From positions 50,508,788 through 50,572,787 of the forward strand of contig CM120640.1 of the NCBI GenBank assembly GCA_051362555.1: 64,000 nt of DNA, read 5' to 3'. Within the stretch, counting starts at the first letter, position 1, and every line of letters starts with the position of its first letter. Shown here piece after piece: positions 53,770-64,000 of this stretch. The notes under the pieces were generated by a model, which had not been told where the DNA came from, searched no databases, and saw only the letters and a program-made list of their open reading frames with translations. Position numbers and translations under genes: made by a program. This DNA comes from Lingula anatina. Lineage: Eukaryota; Animalia; Brachiopoda.

Positions 53770-54671
53770 TTCAAGCCATGTTGACTTGCTTCCAAGATGA
53801 CTTTGCCCTATGTGACAGAAAAGATAGCCAGGTATTGGTCTTGATTTGCACATATTTGATCACATAAACAGTTGGTAAAATAAAAAAATATGATATCCAT
53901 GGGGCCGTAGCGATAGTCCCAAGGTTCAATAGTCCGAAGGTTCATTGGTCCGAATTTTCACTATAAAATCTTCGGACCAATGAACCCTTGATTAAAAAAT
54001 CGATGAAAATGTTACCACTTTTCGGACCAATGAACCTTCTGACCAATGAACCTTCGGACTATTGAGACGCCCCCATATCCATAACACCAGATAGCCTTAA
54101 ATTGCTTTGTGGTTTCAACAATAAGATGAGCTGCCCAACCTTGCTCATTAATATGGTTTGAAATGAGTAAAAGTGAAAAATGCATATATCAACAGAAGAA
54201 AAAGGCAAAGCTAGAATGTCTTGTACACAAACAAAACATGTTTACCTAATCTGAAACACTGCAGGCTTTTGAGGATCTGCGTTCATCGAGAAAGATGCAG
54301 CAGAGACATCTATCTCTCCTAACGGAAGAATGTCCTGCGGGGTGCGATAGTAATAAAGTTTACATGCATCTTCACTGTAAACAAACCAACGCGTTTTGTG
54401 ACCTTTGCCAGGTCCCCGTGATCCCTTATTTAAAAAACCACACAGTTTATCGTCAACAAGGCGCCACTTCTTTGATATCTTCCATGAATCGTGTATCCAT
54501 TCCTTTGCCTTTTCTCTGGGCAGGGCCTGCGGCTGCCTTCTTCAAGTTTTTGCCACCCGTCTCATAAGCGACATCAGTACTAGTATCTCCTACTCCAATG
54601 CTGGGAGAGGTATCAAAGTCCACCAACAACCCGTCCCTCTTTCGCCCAGATTGCACGAGTTTTTCTGTCAT
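39759..54671 (-). CDS. TBC1D2B: TBC1 domain family member 2/2B-like (PH domain, coiled coil, Rab-GAP TBC domain), about 19 exons; exon 1 is frameshifted in this sequence
   Basis: PH domain: KLCGFLNK..KTRWFVY..CKLYYYRTPQDILPLGEID (54246-54450) and MLYWLQELQKKR (48126-48246). TBC domain: LVRGGIP, IELDLLRTLPNNKHY, VGYCQ|GMNRLAA, FTFNWFLTLFVD, LRIWDSFLLEGNK. Stop TAG at 39761-39759. Probably co-orthologous to vertebrate TBC1D2 and TBC1D2B. Confidence 0.88.
41926..42193. repeat. Degenerate ~270-bp palindromic (foldback) element in a TBC1D2B intron
   Basis: CTTAGACCC..TTCCCATACCTAG / CTAGGTATGGGAACGGGTCTAAG; TTCAGCTTAAG / CTTAAGCTGAA; GCCTACTGAAGCT / AGCTTCAGTAGGC. Confidence 0.8.
43734..43786. 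repeat. Compound (CT)n(GT)n microsatellite
   Basis: Directly visible. Confidence 0.95.
46543..46597. repeat. (AAT)n microsatellite
   Basis: About 18 units, directly visible. Confidence 0.95.
47166..47828 (+). mobile_element. Non-autonomous DNA transposon with 77-bp perfect TIRs, 8-bp TSD and a RecQ-like helicase relic (AcademH-like)
   Basis: TIRs at 47166-47242 and 47752-47828, CAC...GTG ends, AACTTTTG on both flanks. 47521-47616 translates LKPEHFEALHHYLLRDDVFCVLPTG*GKSLIF. Confidence 0.85.
48871..52517 (-). mobile_element. Helentron-associated (HINE/DINE-1-like) non-autonomous element, copy 1, in TBC1D2B intron 1
   Basis: Asymmetric subterminal inverted repeats ATTGTACCACCAGC (48907) / GCTGGTGGTACAAT (52502). 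Hairpin GAGGCG-ATAC-CGCCTC lies next to a terminal CTAG, and palindrome CCAGCG-CTAA-CGCTGG at the other end. Short (GGCGGAGCC)n tract, central tandem array, AT-rich target and no TSD. Confidence 0.85.
49077..51520. repeat. 146-bp satellite array, about 17 units, inside HINE copy 1
   Basis: The landmark CATGGTG recurs at 49212, 49358, 49504 ... 51402 (16 times, one as CGTGGTG), spaced exactly 146 bp apart. Confidence 0.97.
53680..53767. repeat. (GT)n microsatellite
   Basis: About 44 units. Confidence 0.97.
53901..54074. mobile_element. MITE with GGGG...CCCC ends, internal TTCGGACCAATGAACC repeats and 8-bp TSD
   Basis: ATATCCAT on both flanks (53893-53900, 54075-54082). Subterminal repeats occur in opposite orientation at the two ends. 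Confidence 0.8.
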
Positions 54672-54781
54672 AATTATCTGTTGTTATATCATAAAACAAA
54701 CCAGTCTTATCGCTCTTGTATACTTTACTTATCAAACTGCAACTTCACTTCCGCATCTTGTGTTCCTCCTCCTCACATTGG
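54672..54781. promoter_or_regulatory. Compact bidirectional promoter TBC1D2B/MTG1 with a probable MTG1 non-coding first exon ending at 54781
   Basis: TBC1D2B ATG at 54671 (-); ETS-like CACTTCCG at about 54746; + strand donor TGG|GTAAGT at 54782. The MTG1 ATG exon is preceded by acceptor-like sequence (TTTTCAG at about 58029 or CATAG at about 58047). Confidence 0.55.
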
Positions 54782-55199
54782 GTAAGTTTTCAATGTAAAC
54801 TTACAAAAAACAGAAGTCTTTGTTTCTATTTAAATCTAGGAGGAAAAGTAAGGTTGAGGATATTGATCGTTTTCTATCATAATTAAATAAAGTTCATGAA
54901 TAAACAACATGGCTATTTTATTTTGCTTTTTCGAGTAGATTGTTAATTGAAGCTAGCATTTTTGTGTCTTTGTTTATGGACCACTTACCGTGGCCTCAGC
55001 CTTCATCCGGGGAAGTTCAACATGGCAGCGCCCTGTGACAACATGACCACAATGTGAAGAGGGGAACATTTCTGGTGTAGTGCACTGTTAATATGTGAAA
55101 ACAAAGTAAAAAGTCGTGTGTGGATATTTTCTCTCTTGGTATAAACAGGTTTATTATTCTTATTATTAAGAAATATGGGTGTATAAATGCAAGACAATG

Positions 55200-57551
55200 A
55201 AATACACAGACATGATGTAAATGTAAATAATTGTTAGATTCATTTTCCCAGTCTTCCATAAACTGTTTTTATCCACTGTTCAGACTTTTCTCTGTCCTTG
55301 TATTCCTTTGCCAGGATTTGGTTGCTACTTTCAAGAAGTCTCTGCTTAATTTTGTTTGCCAATGCGAGACGGTTTTCCTTCTCTTCCAGTACCTTGCGAG
55401 CCGGCTGCTAGTCTAGCTTTGTCCCAATGGCTTTCTCCCCGTCACTAAGAGACTTTAACCATGAGGCTATCTTGTTGACCTTGAACATGACCTTGGCTTC
55501 TGGATGTTCAATGGTAGCACGTTGCACTCTGGCCAGGCTGGTGTCACGTGTACGGTCCGTTCTGCGTGAACCATCCGTCCTGACCGATTGTACACGCAGC
55601 AGAGCTGCAGAGCTGTTCCATGAATGATCCATTATCATTCACCTGTTCTGTTATAATTGGCTAGTTCATTTCCTACCTCATTATACATTTACTATGATGG
55701 GGATATCTCTAGGTAAAATTCATGTGTTAATTGATAATTTTGATAGAGAATCAGCGTCAAATTACAGTTCGACGCATGGATGAACCTACCGTGGACGGGA
55801 CGTCCTTATTCAGCTGTTGGCCTACTATTTTTGTATTGATTTTACTAGGCTAGTGTGTTGATATGGCCACCTGAGGGAAATCGCAGTAGAGGTGAACATC
55901 TATAAGATATGAATACTTCTAAAGATTATGTTTGAATTTGCAGTATGTTCTGAACAGTGCATGTTTATTAAAGGCTAAGAATGTATTGATGACTCGATAG
56001 AGACGGACTGTACATGCCGGAAGTCTCTCAGATTTGCCTGCGCTTTGTGCACATGAGCAGAATGGATGGTTCACGCTCCGAGTGGTACATGCCACACCCG
56101 CTTTGACAGAGTCACCAATACTATCCAGATAGTTTGTTGTCCTTCCTCCAACCTGCCATCTGATACCAAGGCATAAGGATTGGTCTTTCTTTGATACCTC
56201 TGTCTCCACCATGTGGCCTAGGGTTTTTGTCGTGCCATCACATTTTTTACTTACAGATCGAGCCTCTTTAACCTGCTGCCTAGCTAACACTTTCATCTCA
56301 TGACCAAGTTGGTGTGGTGTGCCATAGCTTGGGAGGCCTCCTGTATATTCACAGTCTATGACAGTATGAATGACAGCCTTCAAAACTTGAGATACATTTG
56401 CTTGTGATACACTGGCCACTTGTAATGACATGCAAGCCTTCTCTGATTCGGAGGGGGGGGGGGTATTTGGCTGTTCTTTGTTTCTATCTCTTTCCTACCC
56501 TCCAGTCTATCCAAGTTAGATACGTAGTACAAGTACACCTCTCTCTTAGCAAATAACATAGCTTGATGTTTCAGTTTTTTGTTTTCAGCAAGGCGCACAC
56601 TAAATTCTTTCTTTAGTTGCATTAATTGATCTGAAGTGTTTTTCTTTGATTCTGTCTTGATTTCCTTGGCTTTCTTTTCAAACCTACGAGTACTCTGTGA
56701 TTTCTGGAATCTCTTTATTTTTTTGTCTGGTGCTTTGTAGCTGTTTGATCATATTAGAATTTTGCTGCTCTGATTTTTTTCACTTGTTGCCTCTTTTTTC
56801 TTTCACCTTTTTAATGGTGTTATTCTTTCTTTTGAGAGCTTGGTTGATTCTTTTGGGGTTGTATAACATGACTTTCTTCTTCAGGATTGCATTTTCCTTA
56901 TTAAGTCTTTGGTTCATTCCTTTAAGTTGTTTGACTTGCAGGGCCGTAGCCTGAGCAAAATGCCAGGGGGGGGCAGTAAGCAGATACGAGGGGGCGAAGC
57001 CCCCGAGGGGGGAGGGGGTGTCCTCCTACCACGGTGTGGAAAATTCCATTTCCAGGGGGGGCAACTGCCCCCCCTGCCCCCCCGGAGGCTACGGCCCTGA
57101 CTTGGCATGTAAGATTCTTGATTTCTTTGGTGAAACCATCTTTTTCAGCTGGTAAAACTTCTTCCATTAGCTTGGGGCACCTTGGGGTGCAGTCATTATC
57201 CATCCCGGCACAAGAAAGTGTCCATTTCACTGAGTTTCAGACACTCGGAGCTGTGTACTTAAATGAAAAGTTCTGATTCAGAAAGCATTTGCATTTTTCA
57301 CTGTCCTTAGAACTTTTTGTAAGCTTCTTTCTCTGCTCTTTCACCTCAAAGAAATTTCGTGCAAATTAACACTTTTATCCATTTTAGTGGTCAAAGGATT
57401 GTGATGTTGAGACATCACTGCAATCACATCCTTCCAGGAAACTGTTTTTTTTTCTTATTTTGAACATAGTTCAGAATGTCAAAAGCATCTTGATTGGTGA
57501 TATTTCCTGGTCGAAGTTGGTGTAATGACATAATTCCATCCATCTCATTCT
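55200..57551 (-). pseudogene. Decayed, internally deleted DDE-type transposase gene (superfamily not assigned)
   Basis: Broken minus-strand frames: a K/E-rich coiled-coil N-terminus, then LPSYGT..HEMKVLARQQVKE..CDGTTK.LGH..LCLGIRWQVGG, then EAKVMFKVNKIASWLKSLSDGEK. Multiple stops and frameshifts; interrupted by a MITE. Confidence 0.6.
56939..57099. mobile_element. MITE, 14-bp TIR CAGGGCCGTAGCCT, 5-bp TSD
   Basis: ACTTG on both flanks. Removing the element plus one TSD restores the host reading frame (..KNLTCQV-KQLKGMNQRL..). Confidence 0.9.
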
Positions 57552-58071
57552 GTAAAATAAAGGGGAAAATTTAGGTATGCAGGTAACCGTAAAGCAGTTT
57601 CTCCACAGAAAATATCACAGATGAGAATACAATCTTTTAATTGTAAATATCATGTAATTTCTTTTTTTGTGGAAAAAAATTCAAGATTCTTAGTTTTCAA
57701 TAAGGACCTTGAGCTGTGATGGGAGAGGGGGGGGGGTGTACCCTCACAGTTTACCTATGAGGCTCACAGAATTTGACCTTTTATTATTTTTTTTCATTTA
57801 TGTCTTATAAAAATTTAATGCAGAGAAAGTCGTCAGCAAACATGACCTCAACTTCAGTTGGACAGGTTTGGTGGTATCAACATGTCACATAGTGCTAACA
57901 AATGGCATAAAAACCTTGTTTAAGATGATAGATACCGAATGTTCTGACCTTAAAAATTTTGTTTACCAGCGATATTGCACATTGTCGGTTTAATTTTGCC
58001 TCAACTTTCTCTCATTTTGATATTTTCAGCACAACTATTACACATAGATTCTGACACCTCGAGGCGATCTG

Positions 58072-61000
58072 ATGGCAAAACATGCAAAAGTATTCCGGCA
58101 TTCTTTTGACTTTGCCTTAAAAGATGTGAAAAACTGGTTTCCAGGCCATATGGCAAAAGGTTAGTAGCTTAGCTATTAAAGACATAGATTTGTACTTGAA
58201 CATATATGAGCTATATGACCTTTGCAAATTGTTGCATGTAGCTACTAGTAGCACATGCAGTGGGGAATCCCAAATTGACAAGATATTAACTCTCCATCTG
58301 TAGACCCTTTTTTGTCTGCAATCATGTTAAAAACAGTTGAGTTGGGAAAGGTTTTTATGTAATTTAATGTTGGAAATGGGCTGTAACAGTGCTTATTTGT
58401 TTCATTTTGCTTATGTTTTTGCGATTGCAGTGAGTATTATAATATGGTTTCTCTACAGTTTTGAACAAGAAATTGTAAATGGTTGCTGTATAATATTTTT
58501 CAGGACTTAAAGCACTTCAAGGAAGGGTGAAGGATGCAGATTGTATTATTGAAGTTCATGATGCAAGAGTATCCTTTGTTTATTGTATGATTTATATTAA
58601 AAATGGTGTGAATACAACATGATGTTTATGCTTTTTGTTTTTCTATCACACACATACTTTTTTGATTTGTCACTGACTGAGAGTAATTGATGAAATTATG
58701 TAAACTTGTAACTTATCTTGACTAATTTAAGATACCCTTTTCTGGGAGGAACAAAGTGTTTGGACAAACACTTATGATAAGGCCTCATATTTTACTTCTG
58801 AACAAGGTATTTATAAAAAATGAAGTAATAATTGTACCACCAGCGTTAGCGCTGGCGGTACACATGGTTTCGGTCCCGTCCGGATCGTTCCGCCGGCTCC
58901 GCCAGCTCCGCCGGACGGCTACCGTTACCGCTTCTCCTCCTAGACGGTAAGGGCCCCCGTACCCATCTCATGGATTTAGGTCACCTATAATCTCAACTCG
59001 TTCCACGTAAAATTTGGGCTTTGTCGGTATTGGGGTCTGGGTGTGGCACTCATTACAATGCACCCTTGTCTAAAAATGGCAAAATTAAATGCTAATTATC
59101 TACCCTACGGAAGGAGTTATGGGAAAAATTTCTATAGACGGCTTTCCAAAAGTCATATGTGTAGATTTCAAATATACCCTTGGATTTGACCTTTGACCTT
59201 TACTTCAAGGTCAAATGGGCCAAAATTTTCAAAAAAATGAAATTTTTTACGAAAAAAAATTTTTTTGCCCTGTTTTTCAGACACTACACAGACTTAACCA
59301 ATAATATTATTGGAAAGTGTTACCCTTCAGGTCATCTTTCATCTCCATGAATTTGGGGTCAATCGGTGCATTTTCACGGGAGAAGCGGCCATAAGATACT
59401 GAAACTGAAAACTGTCTCTAATTCGGGAACCGTTAATGCTAGAGACCCATTCTTTTTTGCATTTTGTAGAGCATGTAAAGCCCAACACTGAGGTGGTCTC
59501 GGTTTTTTTGTATTCCATACGGTTTTCGAGTTACGCTGTATCAAAAAGTACATATTGGTGGTAAAAGCAAAATGTGCAGTACGGTAATGGATAATAAATT
59601 TTGAACTCTGGAAAAATAAAACATAAGGCTTGGCAAAGCAGACAACTTGTGTTCAAAAATGACATTATTTCATCAAATTTGAACTTCTGAAACTTCAGAG
59701 CACCTCCTATTTCAAGAATTTTGACCAAAATGACATTTTCTTTATTTTAATTAATTTTTTCTGTACGAAATTTAAGGCACATTATGGTAACTCCAAAATT
59801 ATAACATTTAGTCCCTTATATCTCCAAAACTGGCAGAGATAGGTCCATAGTTACTATTGAAGTTGAATAGGAAGTCATATACTGGCGATCTTACTGTGAC
59901 CTTGAAATTGACCTTTGACCTACTTTTCACCATGAACTGAACTTTGCAAATTTTGCTTCCCTTTTATCTCCAAAACTGGCAGAGATAGGTCCATAGTTAC
60001 TATTGAACTTGAATAGGAAGTCATATACTGGCAATCTAAATGTGATCTTAAAATTGACCTTTGACCTACTTTTCACCATGAACTGAACTTTGCAAATTTT
60101 GCTTCCCTTTTATCTCCAAAACTGGCTGAGATAGGTCCATAGTTACTATTGAACTTGAATAGGAAGTCATATACTGGCAATCTAAATGTGACCTTGAAAT
60201 TGACCTTTGACCTACTTTTCACCATGAATTGAAGTTTGCAAATTTTGCTTTCCTTTTATCTCCAAAACTGGCAGAGATAGGTCCGTAGTTACTACTGAAC
60301 TTGAATAGGAAGTCATATACTGGCAATCTATATGTGACCTTGAAATTGACCTTTGACCTACTTTTCACCATGAACTGAACTTTGCAAATTTTTCTTCCCT
60401 TTTATCTCCAAAACTGGCAGGGATAGGTCCATAGTTACTATTGAACTTGAATAGGAAGTCATATACTGGCAATCTAAATGTGACCTTAAAATTGACCTTT
60501 GACCTACTTTACACCATGAACTGAATTTTGCAAATTTTGCTTTCCTTTTATCTCCAAAACTGGCTGAGATAGGTCCATAGTTACTATTGAACTTGAATAG
60601 GAAGTCATATACTGGCAATCTAAATGTGACCTTAAAATTGACCTTTGACCTACTTTTCACCATAAACTGTACTTTGCAAATTTTTCTTCCCTTTTATCTC
60701 CAAAACTGGCAGAGATAGGTCCATAGTTACTATTGAACTTGAATAGGAAGTCATATACTGGCAATCTAAATGTGACCTTAAAATTGACCTTTGACCTACT
60801 TTTCACCATGAACTGAACTTTGCAAATTTTGCTTTCCTTTTATCTCCAAAACTGGCAGAGATAGGTCCATAGTTACTCTTGAACTTGAATAGGAAGTCAT
60901 ATACTGGCAATTAACTGTGACCTTGAAATTGACCCTTGACCTATCTTACGAAGAACTTAAATTTGATTGTACCATTTATATTTTTTGCAATAGTTTAAAA

Positions 61001-62858
61001 ATTCTTGTTGATTGCATTTTTACAGCTTGTCAAGCACAAAACTGGTGGCTGTGTCCCTTATTTTGTGTATGTGGGGGTCTATACGAATGCGCTTGCTCCA
61101 GCTGGTGGTACAATATTCGGAGGCGGTATCGCCTCTCTGATCCTCTAGTTAATTTTCACTTTTTCTCTGGTAAGTGATTGTAAATATTATATCAGTAGCT
61201 TAACTCTTTTAAAACAATTAAGTGGATATGTTTCCACTGCTTATTAGTGTATACAATCTAAAATTCTCTAATTCTTAGAATAGAGCATGAGTTTTTACTT
61301 GGTAAAGTTGTTTTATCTAACACAGCCAATCATTAATTAATATTTATATATTTATTAGGGTATTTATTTATTTTAAATTATGATGAGTTTGACATTTGTG
61401 TGTTTACATGTAGACATGATATTTTAGCTATTATTCATACTTGATGAATGAATGAATGAATGGATAATAATTTTACATTTATTTTTAGAAGGACCTTGCG
61501 GACATGTCAATGCAAAGCCAAGTTGTAGCCAAGTTAAAAGAAGAGGGCATGGCAAGAGTCTTGTTCACAAATTGCAAGGATCAGTATGGTAGTGCTCTAA
61601 CCAAAAAGGTGCAGTATGAATACAAAAAATTAATCTTAGAACTGTATCTGCCTTTGTGTACATAGCTAATGTTTTAAGAATGGCAGTTTATGCTTTTACG
61701 ACAAGTCACATCTTGGATTTTAATTGCTTTACAGCTTATTCCAGCAATCTTAGATGTGGTTGAGGAGTACCCAAGATACAACAGAAGTGAGGTGTGTATG
61801 TTACATAGTTTTAATATTGATGTATTGTAAAAACATCTGCTTAATCAGAACAGCATTCTCTGGCTTTAAGATTTATTCATGCTTATAATTTGAAATAAAC
61901 TTGCTAGGCTAAAATTACTCATTATTTTTAGGCAGATGAGCTGAAGCTCCTTGTTATAGGTGTACCTAATGTTGGCAAGTCATCCTTGATAAACAGTTTA
62001 AGAAGAATGCACATAAAAGGAAAAAAAGGTGTGGTATAAATTATTAAAGAATTCTTTTTGATATTTGTTCATGTACCACTACAAATTTGTCCCTGTCTTT
62101 ATGGTGTTATGTTATACTATTCAGGTAAAGCTACTTCTGTTGGAGGAGTTGCAGGCGTAACCAGAAGTTTAATGGAGAAAATAAAGGTAATGTTTGTACT
62201 TCATTAAAGCTAGTAAATTTTGTTTAAGAAAACTTTTACTAGCAGTGAGGATGAATGTCAGAGGTAAATTATGTGATGAACATTTTATAAATGTGAACAA
62301 TTCTTTCTTTTATAGCCTCTTAAGTAATTTTATAATAACCAAGCAAATCCTTCATGGACAACATATACACACACACTTATGTATCTAGTACCCATTCATT
62401 TATTTATATTTTAATATTTTAAACTGTAAAGTCTTAATGATAAGAAATAAATATAGGTGTACAAAATTCAAATCTGCACATTTTTAAAATGCACAAGAGT
62501 GAAAATTGTGGTGTCCTTCGTGCCTTCTTTTTCATGTGTTACTCTGGGTCTTTGTAAATATTATTTTAAAATAAAGAATGATTTCATCTATATTACTGAC
62601 CAAACGTGAGATTGGTTAAAACCTATCAAGCATTATGTAGGCAATGGAAGCACTTGTCATAGATCAGCAAATTTATTCCCTTAGCCTTTTACCTGTCATA
62701 CTATAAAGCTTTTATAAGAGCTTGGTGAAGCAATAGACTTTAAGTTCGCATTTTTTTGCAGGTGTGTGAAGACCCTTTGATCTACCTCTATGACAGTCCA
62801 GGAATCCTGCAACCAAATATCAAAGATGTTGAAGTTGGAATGAAACTGACACTGTGTG
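58072..62858 (+). CDS. MTG1: Mitochondrial ribosome-associated GTPase 1 (RbgA/YlqF family), partial; the 3' end is not seen and probably lies beyond the window
   Basis: NWFPGHMAK|GLK..DCIIEVHDAR|IPFSGRN..HILLLNK|KDLAD, VIGVPNVGKSSLINSLR, VGGVAGVTR, YLYDSPGIL. The circularly permuted G4-G1-G3 order is present across 8 exons. Confidence 0.95.
58569..58731 (+). other. U12-type GT-AG intron in MTG1
   Basis: 5' site AGA|GTATCCTTTG; branch-like TATCTTGAC ending 9 nt before the exon; exons join in frame (HDAR|IPFSG). Confidence 0.85.
58829..61150 (+). mobile_element. Helentron-associated (HINE-like) element, copy 2, in the MTG1 intron after coding exon 3
   Basis: Reverse complement of copy 1 with the same termini (TAATTGTACCACCAGC ... 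GCTGGTGGTACAAT-ATTCG-hairpin-TCTGATCCTCTAGTT). Starts about 22 bp after the exon donor. Confidence 0.85.
59815..60945. repeat. 146-bp satellite array, about 8 units, inside HINE copy 2
   Basis: The landmark CACCAT recurs at 59928, 60074 ... 60804 (7 times, 146-bp spacing). Confidence 0.97.
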
Positions 62859-63349
62859 GTGAGCTTGCTGAACATTGCTTATGGACTTCAATGCTTCAAT
62901 TTTAAATTAGTGTTTTGTGTGAGACAAAAAAAAAAAAAGATGTTCTTGACTAATTTTTGCATTCTTACACCATCAGTTTAACTCAACAAAATTGTTATTG
63001 ACTCATTGAGGTACAGAAATGTATACCCATGCTAGATATGTATTCCATTAATAAACAGTATGTAGTTATATGTCAAATTCACTGAAATGAATTCCATCGG
63101 TTTCCCCTCATTGAGGGTACTGGTTTATGATTATCAAAATACCAAAAAGGAGTTTTTTTTGTGCATCTAATCATTCAATAATACCTTTCTGCTGATTAAA
63201 AACAATAACAAGGCAGCAAAGCTGTCAAATGTACAGACAAAAAGCAGGAAATAACAAAATAGGCTACTGTCAATTCTGATGCAAAAGTACATTATGTTAA
63301 ACTGCAAATTCAACATCAAATTTTAATTATGCTCAACAGGTAATACCAA

Positions 63350-64000
63350 TGTAAGTAAAATGTGAAACAAGCATAAAGCTTCAGGCCCATGGGAGTTCAA
63401 GTTCACACTTTGAAAATGTAAAACTTCCAGAAAAAGAAGTCAATTAGACTGCTTTTCCAACTCAGGCTGCATTTCAGTCCTGTATTTCTTTTTTGAAAGT
63501 TTGGCAATCATAAGTAACATGGTTTTCCCATAATGGTCATCATGGCAGCAACACCCAAAATTGTGTTTTCTTCTATTGTGATGCAATATTACATAATGGT
63601 TAACAGCATAATGACAATCAATTTTTAATAACAAAATATATGTATCATGGATTTTCAGAAAATGTGACTAGCATGGGTCTTCAAGCCTGTGGAACTTCAA
63701 AGTCACACCTTGAAAATGCCAATATGTGAAAAATTAAATTTTCACAAAAAAAAACTGTTTATCTGGCAGATTGCATTGCCTACTGAAGCTGTATTTTAGT
63801 CCTATGTTCTTTTCCTGTAAGTTTGAGAACAGTAAGTGACATGGTTTTTCTTAAAAGGTAATCATGGGAGCAGTGCCCAAAATAGGTTTTTTTCAAATTT
63901 TGATGCAATGTTACATAATGTTTAACAGCATAATGACCATCAATTTTTACTAATAAAATATTAGTATCATTGATATTCAGAAAATGTGACTAGCAAAGGT
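63350..64000. repeat. Diverged tandem repeat, period about 322 bp, running off the window edge
   Basis: TAAGTRACATGGTTTT at 63511 and 63833; TTCAGAAAATGTGACTAGCA at about 63654 and 63976. Confidence 0.8.

Noticed and set aside
53635-53867. ORFs with (HT)n/(CV)n runs, also 43606-43958
   Set aside because: Translations of microsatellites.
48871-61150. One 12-kb giant TIR transposon or Maverick with the two repeats as its TIRs
   Set aside because: Each repeat has its own complete Helentron-type ends, there is no shared TSD, and the interior contains host exons that splice to exons outside.

Overview
AT-rich, intron-rich animal (invertebrate-type) nuclear DNA; the taxon cannot be fixed from the sequence. 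I read spliced genes by hand. They are the first coding exon of a class I Rab11-FIP (-, window edge), DNAJC21 (+), an unrecognised small gene (+, about 20.1-21.7 kb), TTC4 (-), an intronless TMEM70 CDS (+), a TBC1D2/TBC1D2B-like PH+RabGAP gene (-) and the 5' part of MTG1 (+). Six of them form three head-to-head pairs. TTC4 and MTG1 each carry a U12-type intron. The most striking non-genic structure is two near-identical Helentron/HINE-like elements in inverted orientation (48871-52517, 58829-61150). They bracket the shared TBC1D2B/MTG1 promoter, and each carries an exact-146-bp satellite array whose monomer contains a composite nuclear-receptor-like site (RORE/DR1). Two CAC...GTG elements have 8-bp TSDs: a 935-bp near-perfect palindrome, and a 663-bp element carrying a RecQ-helicase motif-I relic (AcademH-like). 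Also present are three CAGGG MITEs with 5-bp TSDs, an RTE LINE relic, a decayed DDE transposase gene and a frameshift in TBC1D2B exon 1. Gene names come from motif recognition only; no database search was run.
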